From the IMG/VR virus record IMGVR_UViG_3300035498_000877, positions 160,001 through 224,000 of that record: a stretch of DNA of 64,000 nt; one strand, 5' to 3'. The translations under genes and the position numbers were made by a program. This DNA comes from a virus. Taxonomy: Duplodnaviria > Caudoviricetes. The notes beneath the pieces are model-generated. The model had not been told where the DNA came from, did no database searches, and worked only from the letters and a program-made list of their open reading frames with translations. Below, piece after piece: positions 9,225-20,070 of this stretch; position 1 is the first letter of the stretch, and every line of letters begins with the position of its first letter.

Positions 9225-12200
9225 TTAATCTAGATCATATTCTTGTTGTATTTCTATTATTGAAGATTTTTTTGTTTTTGAATTAATTTGTAATATGTGA
9301 TTATCTGCAACCATATATGCGGCTAACTCTAAATCATGAACTTGGTTACCATATTCATCATATAATCTAGCAGCCATTCCATAATATTCATTAGCAGATA
9401 TAATTACATGTGTTGATACCTGTCCAGACTTAATCTCGTCAGCCCACTCACTATTCAGCATATTAACAATCATTTCATCTGATATTGGAGCTAATCCAAA
9501 ATCTTCAAAATCCATTGTTTGATCTAGTATAGCTTTTCCCTCTAATGTAGGTAAATCAGATACTGTATATTGATAATTCTGATTACTCAAACTTCCAGTA
9601 CTAGAAGTTCTTACAAGTATATCATCATCCGTATCAACATTTGGAGGATAATTTTTAAAGTCTTTATTATCTTCATCTACTTGTTGCCATACAGGAGTTA
9701 ATAAATATTCTTGTTCTGTATCTGAATAATTATCTCCATCTAGTACAGCTTCAAGCACGTCATCAAGATAAGTTCTATAATTCCATCTTACATATGATCT
9801 GTTTATTTCATTAGATTCTACATAAATGAAATCATCAGCAAAATATTCATTTGAATCTCTATTAATTTCTATTATCTCAAGATTCTTTAATGAAGTTAAT
9901 CCATGCATAAAAAATTTAGTTGGTGATATAATAGTAACTTCATCATTCAGTAATTTTCCATTAACCCAGAATTCAAAATGTTTTTTGTCCAAAGGCTTAT
10001 TAAGTCTTCCACCAAGATCAATATATCCTGATTCTGGAATAGTTCTTAATGTATATACAGATCTCATTGGATATGGAGTAGAGCAAATCATTAAATGTTC
10101 ATATGCAACATATGTATTCAAGAAAGTTACATCAGTTCCATCTCCATTTATCTCTGCATATAGTGTGGGTTTATTTGTTGAAGGATTTATTAATGGAAAT
10201 CTTCCCTTATCAGTTAATACATATAATCTATCAGTCTGTATTGAGACATTATCAAGATGAAAGGTTATATATGATTCTGAGTCAGGTCTTATGAATGTCC
10301 ATTTTTGAGGTGTCTTATCAATGATAACTTTATAGTCAGCAGTATCAGCTACATCATATTGAACTATTACTTGGAATTCATTTGGTATTATAGCCATTCT
10401 ATTAGATACTTCATGGATATATCCATCTCCAAATACTTCAACCTTTTTAGTCTCAAACTCAATAAGTATAGTAGCTGATTGATTCATTGTTTGATCATCA
10501 TTCTGGAATACAGTAAATTCCATTGACATATTTTCATTAGGAGCATTGATTGTGTGTATTGGAGTAAATGTTAATATATGTCCATCTTCCAAGAAATCAG
10601 AAGTTACATATCCAAATACATGTACATCATATGTTGCATTGTATGCCCAGACATCTCCATTATTAAATCCACTACCAGAAGTTCCAATTACTGACTGCAC
10701 AATAGTAGTTTGGGTTTCCCATCCATGACCTTTTGATTTATCATCTTTAAATCTAACTTCAAATTTAGATCTATCAAGTATATCCTCAAATCTACCAGCT
10801 GTCTCATTGTATATCTTTATATCCTCTAAATGTATTTCATTTTTGTAATATTGATATTCAGGTATTTTGACGTTCATTATATATCCCAAGGTACTATCAT
10901 CTTCATTTGGATATCCAATTTTAAATGATTGCTCAAAATAGAATGGGAATAATTTTCTTATGCGTAGATGCCTACCTGTATTAACTATTGTATTCTTTGC
11001 AGCTTTATTTACATAATCATATACTGTAGTCTCAATATTAAGTACTGCATTTCTTTTCAGTTTCTCATTCTTTATCTGAGTAGCTACAGTTTTATTCAGA
11101 TATAAAGCCATATCATAAGTATATTTTCCTTTACCAATATATGACAATGTAAATCCATACTTATGATTTTTTTCATCTTTTGTTACTTCTAATTTCCATT
11201 TATCTGTATCTGATAAATCTTCCCAATCTTTTGTAGTCCAGTTGAATACTGATATATCATCAATTGTAATATCATCAATATAAGTATTAGTACCATATTC
11301 AAGTCCTTCATATGCTACTTGATGTTTTTCATCAGTAATCTCATGTTGAACTTCATTGAATGTTACTGCTGTATTCCATGGTGCAGTTGGATACTGTGAT
11401 TTTAATGAAGGATAATCGGAAATCCAATCATCTGATAACCAGTTAACTACAAACTTATTCCACTTATAGTCAGCATACTCTGGTAGTTCATATATAATAT
11501 ATCCAGTGACTGCAAATGATCTGACTTTATATAACATTCTATGACCTTGATGTGTTTCATCTGATTCTACAATAACATTCTTACCAACTGATACATTTTT
11601 AAATTGTGAATAATATCTAGGAAGATCTTCATATGATGCACATGTAAAATCAGCTTTAACTTGAGCTGCATTCAGTACTGATGTTTCAGGCCATTCAGTT
11701 ATATTAGTATTATTGATATTTTTTGAATTATGAATTCTTACTTGTTGAATTAATTGATATTCGCCTTTGAATGGTTGATTCATTGGTACTATTTCTGGAT
11801 CTTCTATAAAAGGATCTGTTGGAGGTACAGTTGTTTGAATTCCATTCCATCTCTTTGTATCATCATATCTAGTACCTTGATACCAGTGATAATCCTGATC
11901 ACCATTTTGAGGAGCTTCTTCAACATCATTAATATCAACATCTCCAAACATAAATGTACTATTATATTCTGAACTATTAAATTCATCATCGATATTATTA
12001 AAGGTATCTGTAACTACTTCAGCATTAGGATTACCTGGATCTAAATCTTTAAATGTCAGACCACTTTCAAGTTCTACCTGTGATATTCCTTTATAAGGAT
12101 CATTTGTTAATTCAGATACAAACATATGAAGTGTTGTATTTTCACAATCAGTATATACTTCTTGACCAACAGTATATCCAGCACCTGGATCCACTACTTT

Positions 12201-15200
12201 TATATCTTCAATTCTATATACATAATATTGCTCTGCTGGTTCAAACAATGATGAGTTTTGTAAATCAGCTACTGAGTTGGCATTAACATAGATACTATCA
12301 ATACTTCCATCTGTTACTACATTGAAGTCAGTTATTTGTTTACCAGCTAAAAATACTTCATATTGAATATCTAAGTCATGTGTATTTTCAAATTGATATA
12401 CAAGATTATCAGTATCATTAAATTGATTGGCATTTGTTTTATCAGATGTATCATCATATAAAATAGTATTATCTGTAATATCAACTTGTTTTGATGATAT
12501 AAGTATACATAATCCAGATCCTATACCAACATCTTTCTTAGTTTCATATAATCCTGTAATATCATATTTAATTGCATATTGCAATAATGGAGTTACTGAT
12601 GTTACTACTCCCTTTTCTATTGAAGATACTAAGAAATAGAATTTATCTTCAAACTTATCTGATACTAATTCAACTATATCTCCAATTGAATATCCTGTTC
12701 CACCAATAGATGCTGCTGATGATTCTATTCTATACCAAGTATCTGATATATAGTCATATGGTATATCATTTATTCTATTATCTATTGCTTTTATTAATGG
12801 ATCTATATCAATTCTATATAATGGAAGATCATCAATTGCTGAATCAATAATCGTTACTTGTTTTATTACATTAGATGCTGTTTCTGAGAAAGTGATTGAT
12901 TCATCTTCTATATTATTAAGTATTTTATTCTTGTAAACATTTACACTCATTGATAGAGCATCTGCTAAATATCTAATTGATTTACTATCATCCCATGCAG
13001 AATTATCAATCAGAAAGTTTGATAAATTTGTACAAGACTCTTTCACTAACTCATAGTAATTAATATAAGCTTCATCATCAAGATTATTTTCTGCTATATA
13101 AGTATATGATTCATTGAGTAAAGTTTCAGTATCAGATAGTAAACCTGAGACATCAATATTTTCTCTACAATCAATATACTCTTTCATTTGCGAACATAAA
13201 TCAATTAATTTATCATATGTCTCTTCTATGTACTCTAACAAATTAGTACTAATATAAGATCCATATTTCTTAATTAAAGAACTCCATTCTTGATATGACT
13301 CTTTTGCATCATCAATATCATCTTGTAAATCAATATTTAATTTTGGATCATATGTTTCTATATTAGTTTCAATAGATAATATGATATTAGTAATCTTCAT
13401 TACATATCTATCTACTGCATGATCATTCATAATTTTTTCATGAGTTACTGTTAGTGGTTTAATAGTAATACCTAATCCTGGACCATCTGATATAGAATCA
13501 TATAAATTATTTTGCCATAATGGATTTCTAAAACTTGTAGCAATATCATCAATAAATTCAATTGACTTAGCTTTGTTGATATTCCCTTCTACTTCAGTAA
13601 TCTTATATACACCTATATTTTTGACATATATAATATCATTAATATCATGATCAAATCCACCTGTTACCAATTCAATAGTATCAATTTTATATACATCTGA
13701 ATATGTAGGCTGATCACTATCTGGTATATATTCAGTATCTATAGTATTTAGATATTCAATAATTGCATTAAACAATTCTGAGTACTCATCAAGTTTTCCA
13801 AGTATATCTTTTTCAGGATTTACAACTGAATCAAGTGTATTAAATGTATTCTCTTCTTCATCTAATAGTATTTTCCAAGTATCAAGTTGATTCTTTAAAT
13901 CACTCAAACTATTAAGTGCTAATGTTTGATTATCATCATTTGATCCTGATAAATATGATAGAAATGACTTTATTGAATCTCCATATAATTTAATCGTATC
14001 AAATACTTTTTGTTCACTTTCTGTCCATGGAAGTTTATCACTATCAATAATAGCATATAAATTATTCAATGATTGTACAAATGTGTCTCGATAAACTAAA
14101 TATGTTGATATGTCAGTAATCATAGATTCTAGTACTTCATCACAATAACTTAGTTTATCTAATATGGCATCATCTTGATCATATCCAAAATTCTTCCAGT
14201 AATCAATTAATACTAATTTGAGATTATGAATATCATTATCACTAGTATTTATATACTCCATTATATTACCAATCATTTCATCAGAGTAACTAATATTTGG
14301 AACAAATGTACCAAATAATTTTGATGTTGATTGGAATAATAAATTTCTAGCAGTTTTTACTTCATCTGACCATGGGTACTCAAATTGATTAATATCATAT
14401 ATTAAACTAGTATCATCAGGATTTTCTTTTTGGAATATCATTAGTGTTTTTAAGTTATTAATCGTATCCATAAACTTATTCATATCTACTGAATAACTCT
14501 TTTCAAATACTGCATTAATTTGTTTTTCAAATCCATCTGATATAAATACTGCTTCTTGATATTCTTCTAGTTTATCTTCATATACTTTATGATTATTATT
14601 GTCATTATATACTTCAGCAATTACTGATTTTATGGAAGCAAATAATTCATTATATTTATTCATCATTGCAGTAATATCATTTATCTGATCAATAGTAAAT
14701 GTATTAGTATCCAGATCATATATAGTCTTTATAATAGTACCAAGTAATGATTGCATTTCAAATAATTGATCTTTGATCTCAATAACATTATCAGTATTTA
14801 ATTGATAATCATTTCTTTCTAATACATCAATTACATTTACCAGATCATGATATACATTCTGTATTACATTATCTACTTCAAGTTCAACTCCACTAATAGT
14901 AGGAAGGAATTTATCAGTATCAAATGATTCTCTTGGTCTTCTAGCAGTATGTGATGAGAAATCATAGTTATCAGTAATCTTAGCAATGTAATCAAAGTAT
15001 GATGGAGTCCATTGTTTATTTAAGTACTGCTCAAAATTAGTTACTTTCTGATATCCTAACCAATTTAAATTGATGGCTTCTTTCATCTTATCAATTGCAT
15101 CATCAAATGGAAATTCATTATTACTATTTTTCAAGTACGTAGCTAATCCTAATTTGTAATATGGATCCATAGTATTCAGGAATAAATCATTAAACCTTTG

Positions 15201-17222
15201 ATATGATGGATTATCTATTACATGCTCTATAGCTTCATATCTATAGTTGGTAGTAGTAAGTCCTTTGTATATTGATTGTATACCCATCCAATAGAACTTC
15301 TCCATGAAGATTTCTCTAAATGTACCTTCTTTTTCATACTCAAACTGGTTCATATCATCATCCCACGATGCAGTAGCTCTAGTAATTGGAATAGTCTCTT
15401 TATTCACATTGATAGTATCAGTATAGAAAAAGAATGCTTTAAATATTCTATTGGATATAGAAGTACTATCATCAGTTTCTGATAATAAATATACATCAGG
15501 AAAATGATGTTCTACATTTAATATGTATGGTCTCCATACTTCATTATTTGAATCATATTCAAATGTCCAGAAATCAGTAGTATCTATAGGTCTTTGAAAT
15601 CTGATAGTACCTTCTAATCCAGATTCCCATAAATCCTTCTTTTTCATTCCACTCAGTATAATAGATACATAGTACTTATCTACTATCTGCTGAGGAATAT
15701 AAATTAGTGGTGATAAATAAAACCATAAAGTTAGACTTTCATCTCTATTAGGTGTATCTTGATCATCTAACCACTCACTATATATTCCATCTTTCTTAAT
15801 TTCTTTAACAGTCTCTAGGAACTCCTCATACTTAGTATCATATTCATCATTATGATCAATCTCTAGTACATCAAGAAACTGATTATATGCACTATAAATA
15901 TTTCCTAAATCTGTTTTAAGTTTTTCTAACCACGTATTTAGTACTTCATCATTATTATTTACTTTAATATCAAATCTAAAGTCTTCAATAGTATCAGCAC
16001 CTATAACAATTAAGTTCCTTAATTTATCAAGGTATGAAATGTACTCATTATCAGCATCATCTCGTTCATATTCAAATGCATCTGATAGTACTACTGGTCT
16101 TATCATTTCTTTAGTTTCATCATGTGATTCTTTCATACCATTATTCATATCAACATAAATATTTCTATTTGCTCCTGATGATCTGAATTTACCATATACT
16201 TCCTTACTTATTTCATGATTAATAGTTACTACTTTCTGGAAGTCAGCTAAGTATGGTCTATTGATAACATCAGTTGGTAGTAGTATAGGAAACTCATGAA
16301 GAAATTTAGGTACAAATACGGATAGCCATAAGTTCTGTTCAGATGTTGTTTCTGATAGTATTAGGTTTCTATTGTACTCACTCATTTCAGATAAATCAAT
16401 ATATCCATCTTCAATAGGTAGAAATTCCATATTATCACCTAATACATCAACTGATGTAACATCATCTGTTCTATATCCTGAATCATTACTAACTTTATTT
16501 ACAGTAATAACTACTTTGGATGAATTACGTATATGATCATTAGTTAAATATGATACAGGTAATTTCCATCCCCATATTTCTTCACATTGATATCTACTAA
16601 TGAATACTCTACATGATGCATTGGTATCAAATTTATATATGTATATAGGAAAATTAGCTTTCTTCCAGTAAGTATTATAGTTCCATCTAATAGTAACTTC
16701 TTTATCATCTATTCTAATCTCGTACTCTGAATATACTCTTTGATTTACAAACATCATACAGAACCATTTGAATTTATCCCAATTATTAAGCATATCTTCT
16801 ACTTTAATCCATTTACGGAAGTACTGAGATAATTTAAATTTATCTCTCATATCAGATGATATAAAGTTTTCTGTTGGTATAATAATAGAACACGTATTAG
16901 ATGATATATCTATATCCACGTCTTTCATAGTACAATTCCATTGAAAGAAATGTGTATTATCATGATTATTTGCTTTTAATTTATGAGATGAATTTAAATA
17001 GATATCTTTTAATGTTTCTACTACTTTATCTTGACTAAATGTATTAGTAGTAATTGCATCTTTTCTAAATGCACTTGATCTAGTTCCATCATAATCAGGA
17101 ATTTCATATCCTTCACTAATTAATGTATTTCTATTGAATAATTGATCAGCTGTACTAATATTTTGATCAAATGCTTTTTGGTACCATTCTGGATCAAATG
17201 GACTCCATTTATTTTCATACAT
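9225..17222 (-). CDS. giant virion structural protein, probably baseplate (2665 aa)
   Basis: Very long ORF with RBS AGGAGG, repeated GGTGYSIGD/PGAGYTVGQ/GSGFNNGD beta-motifs, a central coiled-coil region and a late-type promoter. Confidence 0.65.
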   Translation of the reverse strand: MYENKWSPFDPEWYQKAFDQNISTADQLFNRNTLISEGYEIPDYDGTRSSAFRKDAITTNTFSQDKVVETLKDIYLNSSHKLKANNHDNTHFFQWNCTMKDVDIDISSNTCSIIIPTENFISSDMRDKFKLSQYFRKWIKVEDMLNNWDKFKWFCMMFVNQRVYSEYEIRIDDKEVTIRWNYNTYWKKANFPIYIYKFDTNASCRVFISRYQCEEIWGWKLPVSYLTNDHIRNSSKVVITVNKVSNDSGYRTDDVTSVDVLGDNMEFLPIEDGYIDLSEMSEYNRNLILSETTSEQNLWLSVFVPKFLHEFPILLPTDVINRPYLADFQKVVTINHEISKEVYGKFRSSGANRNIYVDMNNGMKESHDETKEMIRPVVLSDAFEYERDDADNEYISYLDKLRNLIVIGADTIEDFRFDIKVNNNDEVLNTWLEKLKTDLGNIYSAYNQFLDVLEIDHNDEYDTKYEEFLETVKEIKKDGIYSEWLDDQDTPNRDESLTLWFYLSPLIYIPQQIVDKYYVSIILSGMKKKDLWESGLEGTIRFQRPIDTTDFWTFEYDSNNEVWRPYILNVEHHFPDVYLLSETDDSTSISNRIFKAFFFYTDTINVNKETIPITRATASWDDDMNQFEYEKEGTFREIFMEKFYWMGIQSIYKGLTTTNYRYEAIEHVIDNPSYQRFNDLFLNTMDPYYKLGLATYLKNSNNEFPFDDAIDKMKEAINLNWLGYQKVTNFEQYLNKQWTPSYFDYIAKITDNYDFSSHTARRPRESFDTDKFLPTISGVELEVDNVIQNVYHDLVNVIDVLERNDYQLNTDNVIEIKDQLFEMQSLLGTIIKTIYDLDTNTFTIDQINDITAMMNKYNELFASIKSVIAEVYNDNNNHKVYEDKLEEYQEAVFISDGFEKQINAVFEKSYSVDMNKFMDTINNLKTLMIFQKENPDDTSLIYDINQFEYPWSDEVKTARNLLFQSTSKLFGTFVPNISYSDEMIGNIMEYINTSDNDIHNLKLVLIDYWKNFGYDQDDAILDKLSYCDEVLESMITDISTYLVYRDTFVQSLNNLYAIIDSDKLPWTESEQKVFDTIKLYGDSIKSFLSYLSGSNDDNQTLALNSLSDLKNQLDTWKILLDEEENTFNTLDSVVNPEKDILGKLDEYSELFNAIIEYLNTIDTEYIPDSDQPTYSDVYKIDTIELVTGGFDHDINDIIYVKNIGVYKITEVEGNINKAKSIEFIDDIATSFRNPLWQNNLYDSISDGPGLGITIKPLTVTHEKIMNDHAVDRYVMKITNIILSIETNIETYDPKLNIDLQDDIDDAKESYQEWSSLIKKYGSYISTNLLEYIEETYDKLIDLCSQMKEYIDCRENIDVSGLLSDTETLLNESYTYIAENNLDDEAYINYYELVKESCTNLSNFLIDNSAWDDSKSIRYLADALSMSVNVYKNKILNNIEDESITFSETASNVIKQVTIIDSAIDDLPLYRIDIDPLIKAIDNRINDIPYDYISDTWYRIESSAASIGGTGYSIGDIVELVSDKFEDKFYFLVSSIEKGVVTSVTPLLQYAIKYDITGLYETKKDVGIGSGLCILISSKQVDITDNTILYDDTSDKTNANQFNDTDNLVYQFENTHDLDIQYEVFLAGKQITDFNVVTDGSIDSIYVNANSVADLQNSSLFEPAEQYYVYRIEDIKVVDPGAGYTVGQEVYTDCENTTLHMFVSELTNDPYKGISQVELESGLTFKDLDPGNPNAEVVTDTFNNIDDEFNSSEYNSTFMFGDVDINDVEEAPQNGDQDYHWYQGTRYDDTKRWNGIQTTVPPTDPFIEDPEIVPMNQPFKGEYQLIQQVRIHNSKNINNTNITEWPETSVLNAAQVKADFTCASYEDLPRYYSQFKNVSVGKNVIVESDETHQGHRMLYKVRSFAVTGYIIYELPEYADYKWNKFVVNWLSDDWISDYPSLKSQYPTAPWNTAVTFNEVQHEITDEKHQVAYEGLEYGTNTYIDDITIDDISVFNWTTKDWEDLSDTDKWKLEVTKDEKNHKYGFTLSYIGKGKYTYDMALYLNKTVATQIKNEKLKRNAVLNIETTVYDYVNKAAKNTIVNTGRHLRIRKLFPFYFEQSFKIGYPNEDDSTLGYIMNVKIPEYQYYKNEIHLEDIKIYNETAGRFEDILDRSKFEVRFKDDKSKGHGWETQTTIVQSVIGTSGSGFNNGDVWAYNATYDVHVFGYVTSDFLEDGHILTFTPIHTINAPNENMSMEFTVFQNDDQTMNQSATILIEFETKKVEVFGDGYIHEVSNRMAIIPNEFQVIVQYDVADTADYKVIIDKTPQKWTFIRPDSESYITFHLDNVSIQTDRLYVLTDKGRFPLINPSTNKPTLYAEINGDGTDVTFLNTYVAYEHLMICSTPYPMRSVYTLRTIPESGYIDLGGRLNKPLDKKHFEFWVNGKLLNDEVTIISPTKFFMHGLTSLKNLEIIEINRDSNEYFADDFIYVESNEINRSYVRWNYRTYLDDVLEAVLDGDNYSDTEQEYLLTPVWQQVDEDNKDFKNYPPNVDTDDDILVRTSSTGSLSNQNYQYTVSDLPTLEGKAILDQTMDFEDFGLAPISDEMIVNMLNSEWADEIKSGQVSTHVIISANEYYGMAARLYDEYGNQVHDLELAAYMVADNHILQINSKTKKSSIIEIQQEYDLD

Positions 17223-17319
17223 AATTGCTATTACCTCCTGTTATTAATATTTAAAGCTAAGTCGATCACCATCCTCTAATAAATATAAATACCTATTAAT
17301 ATCGAAGAGGAGGTTAATT

Positions 17320-18471
17320 ATGGCTACTACTTTACAAAACTTAGAGAATACTATTGAAGACTTAAAAGCTGATATATCAGATCTTAAAAAATCTATTAGT
17401 GGTCTTCAAATTGATTTACAAAATACTGTTACTAAGAATAAAAAAATATTACCTGGAATTGGTACTAAGATTGGTTATGATTCAAATGGATTAGTTACTT
17501 CATCAATGGAACTTGAAGTAAGTGATTTACCTACAATTTCTATTAGTAAAGTAACTGGACTTAGAGATGAACTTGATAGTTATGTTACTTCAGATTATTT
17601 AGATAAGAAATTAAAAAATCTAACTACTACTATTGATAAGTCAACTCCAGTAGCTACTGGTATTAAAGTTAATTATGATAAAAATGGATTAATAGTATCT
17701 AGTAGTGATGAGTTATTATCAGAGGATATACCTCAATTATCTATTGATAAGATAACTGGTCTTACTGATAGATTATCTAATATTGAATCATTATTAAATG
17801 AAACTACTACTGAAGATACTAAATCTAATACTATCTTTAATGCAGGTGAATATACTAAAATAACTATAGATGCAAATGGTAATATAGTTAAAGGTTCTAA
17901 ATTATCTATCAATGATATACCTATTGATATTATTACTAGATTAAATGAATTAGAACTATCAATAGGTTCATGTGTAAATCAAGATGTTATAACTACTCTA
18001 TCATCTAAAGTAATTAATAAACTAGATGCTAATGATCCTATTATTTCAGGTACATATACTAAAGTATCAGTTGATCAGAATGGTTTAATTACTAATGGAT
18101 CATCATTGGAGTATGAAGATTTACCTGATAGACTAATAAATGAAATAGATAGTATTAAATCTCAACAAGAAGATATGGTAACTGGTACCAAATTAGTTGA
18201 TATAGTTAATCAGATAAATGAAAGATTGAGTATTATAGATACTTTATTCACAACATATGATGAGCAAATAAGTAATAAAGCTACTAATGAAGATCTTACT
18301 AGTTATAAAATGGATATGATTCATTTAGAAGATTTAGTTAATGAACTTAATGAGAAAATACCTAATGATACTATTATGGAACAACTAAATCTGATTACTA
18401 AGAATTTATCTAATTTAGATGGTAGAATATCAGTAATAGAAAATAAATTAAATATTACTTCAGATATTTAA
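17320..18471 (+). CDS. fibre-like virion protein with tail-fibre repeats and coiled coils
   Basis: Four G(T/E)YTKxxxDxNGL(I/V)-like repeats; heptad-rich termini; RBS GAGGAGG. Confidence 0.65.
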   Translation: MATTLQNLENTIEDLKADISDLKKSISGLQIDLQNTVTKNKKILPGIGTKIGYDSNGLVTSSMELEVSDLPTISISKVTGLRDELDSYVTSDYLDKKLKNLTTTIDKSTPVATGIKVNYDKNGLIVSSSDELLSEDIPQLSIDKITGLTDRLSNIESLLNETTTEDTKSNTIFNAGEYTKITIDANGNIVKGSKLSINDIPIDIITRLNELELSIGSCVNQDVITTLSSKVINKLDANDPIISGTYTKVSVDQNGLITNGSSLEYEDLPDRLINEIDSIKSQQEDMVTGTKLVDIVNQINERLSIIDTLFTTYDEQISNKATNEDLTSYKMDMIHLEDLVNELNEKIPNDTIMEQLNLITKNLSNLDGRISVIENKLNITSDI

Positions 18472-18520
18472 TTTTTTATTTTTCAAAAAATAAAAAATTG
18501 GAAACTTCCCCTTAGAATTA

Positions 18521-18691
18521 TTTTACGTAACAAGTAAAGCATATATCAATATGTTTTACTTGACGTATACGTTTACTGTAAAACTCAACTTTAGGTTGAT
18601 TTTACGTAAACATACGTTTTTACGTAAAATATATAATTGAAAATTCGAGCACTTTTTTCGGCACCTTTAGACCAGCAAATTTGCTGGGGTT
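18521..18691. repeat. nested inverted-repeat element (candidate origin or ncRNA)
   Basis: Outer TTTTACGTAA...TTACGTAAAA arms enclose two hairpins; six ACGT sites; perfect palindrome CCAGCAAATTTGCTGG at 18672-18687. Confidence 0.7.
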
Positions 18692-18740
18692 AGAGCATAA
18701 AATAATTTACGACTATAAAATTTTATTAAAAATAATAAAA

Positions 18741-18769
18741 ATAAAGAGAGGTTAAATACCTCTCTTTAT
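18741..18769. terminator. intrinsic terminator (identical 29-mer at 23247-23275)
   Basis: ATAAAGAGAGGT-TAAAT-ACCTCTCTTTAT hairpin with flanking A/T runs. Confidence 0.85.
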
Positions 18770-18777
18770 CTTTATTT

Positions 18778-19155
18778 TTATTCTCTAACATTTCTGTACA
18801 TCTCTACCATTTTATGTGATATTCTGTAAACTAGTTCATTTACATCTTTCACTAAGTTTTCTTTCCAGTCTTCATTAGGATATCCTTTGATTTTTGATTC
18901 GTACTCATTAATATCAGTCTTAATACTGAATAAAGACTGATATAATATATTGCATGAGTTACTTATTAATTTTTCTCTTGGCATATTTAGCTTATTCTCC
19001 TGCAATTCAATTACATCCTTTTCATGTAATATCTTACATTCAAGAATAGATATTTGGAATATCTCTAACTGGTGTTCTGCGTTTATTGAATTATTAGATT
19101 TCTTCTCTTCTGTGTTAAATTCATCAAAGCAATTTTGTTTTGTTAATAAAGCCAT
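18778..19155 (-). CDS. hypothetical protein (125 aa)
   Basis: RBS GGAGGA; last gene of the minus-strand accessory operon. Confidence 0.75.
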   Translation of the reverse strand: MALLTKQNCFDEFNTEEKKSNNSINAEHQLEIFQISILECKILHEKDVIELQENKLNMPREKLISNSCNILYQSLFSIKTDINEYESKIKGYPNEDWKENLVKDVNELVYRISHKMVEMYRNVRE

Positions 19156-19158
19156 CTT

Positions 19159-19233
19159 TTAATCCTCCTCCGAATCATCAATTTGGTATTCTGTATCATA
19201 TAGGTCTCTATCATTATATTCTATATCATCCAT
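19159..19233 (-). CDS. 24-aa highly acidic peptide MDDIEYNDRDLYDTEYQIDDSEED (not in the ORF track)
   Basis: RBS AGGAGGAAG upstream of the ATG; it fills the gap between neighbouring genes, and its last codons form the next gene's RBS. Confidence 0.65.
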   Translation of the reverse strand: MDDIEYNDRDLYDTEYQIDDSEED

Positions 19234-19245
19234 AACATCTTCCTC

Positions 19246-19773
19246 CTATTTGATACCTGTTAACTTGTACAACACATCCTGGAAGTCTCCGAATCTGCGA
19301 TATCTGTATTTAGATTGTGCTAAGCACATCTTTACAGTTATATCAACTTCGGTTTCCTTGTCATTAACTTTCCTACCCCATCTTGTGACTTTGAGATTTA
19401 GATTTTCTCCTTCGCATAATCCTTCAAAGAAATGTGCAGGAATGTTATCGAATGTATCTCCGAAATATGGGAGATAGTATTCTTTGTCACCTGATGTTAC
19501 AGTTAATCCATGATCAGATAAATTGTCGCCTTCTTCTGATACTAACCATAGATTTACTATTTTATCATTTGCAGGTTCAAGAATTTGATGATTATCAATT
19601 GCCAACTGTAATATATCCAGCTTAGCACTATCCATGAACAAGTCATTGATACGAGTTGGTGAGTTAGGAATTATAAAAGCATCAACTGCAAGTGTTCCTG
19701 TGATTGTTACCTTATCTTCTGTTTCATCGATTGTTAGATTAGTTGCCTCTTTGTTCATTAATTCATTACTCAT
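19246..19773 (-). CDS. hypothetical protein (175 aa)
   Basis: RBS AAAGGAGG; operon context. Confidence 0.8.
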   Translation of the reverse strand: MSNELMNKEATNLTIDETEDKVTITGTLAVDAFIIPNSPTRINDLFMDSAKLDILQLAIDNHQILEPANDKIVNLWLVSEEGDNLSDHGLTVTSGDKEYYLPYFGDTFDNIPAHFFEGLCEGENLNLKVTRWGRKVNDKETEVDITVKMCLAQSKYRYRRFGDFQDVLYKLTGIK

Positions 19774-19774
19774 T

Positions 19775-19909
19775 TTATATTTCCTCCTTTGAGATTCTTA
19801 TAGGTTTAATTTTGGTTGTTTTTACTTCTGTCATTGATATCTTTGTGGTTTTAACATTAGTAGTTTTTACTTCCACCGTTGAAATCTTTGTTGTTTTAAA
19901 ATTACTCAT
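19775..19909 (-). CDS. 44-aa pentapeptide-periodic peptide (KTTKI repeats; not in the ORF track)
   Basis: MSNF KTTKI STVEV KTTNV KTTKI SMTEV KTTKI KPIRI SKEEI*; strong RBS TAAGGAGG; the stop lies 1 nt before the next ATG. Confidence 0.75.
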   Translation of the reverse strand: MSNFKTTKISTVEVKTTNVKTTKISMTEVKTTKIKPIRISKEEI

Positions 19910-20031
19910 GATTAAATCCTCCTTAGATAATTAATATACCATATTCAGTTTTTATGTAATAATGATAACTTACTCTTATCTTATTACACTATTAGAATAT
20001 ATCGTTAATACTGAAGAATATGCGATAAAAA
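19901..20031 (-). repeat. promoter-leader-RBS cassette, copy A
   Basis: The reverse complement of 19901-20003 matches 31885-31987 at 102 of 103 nt; both copies share the upstream TTTTTATCGCATATT. Confidence 0.95.
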
Positions 20032-20070
20032 GAAAAGAGGGTATTTAAACCCTCTTTTCAATATTTATTT

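Noticed and set aside
18521-18630. CRISPR array or mini-array
   Set aside because: The repeats are short, nested and inverted, with no constant repeat-spacer periodicity.
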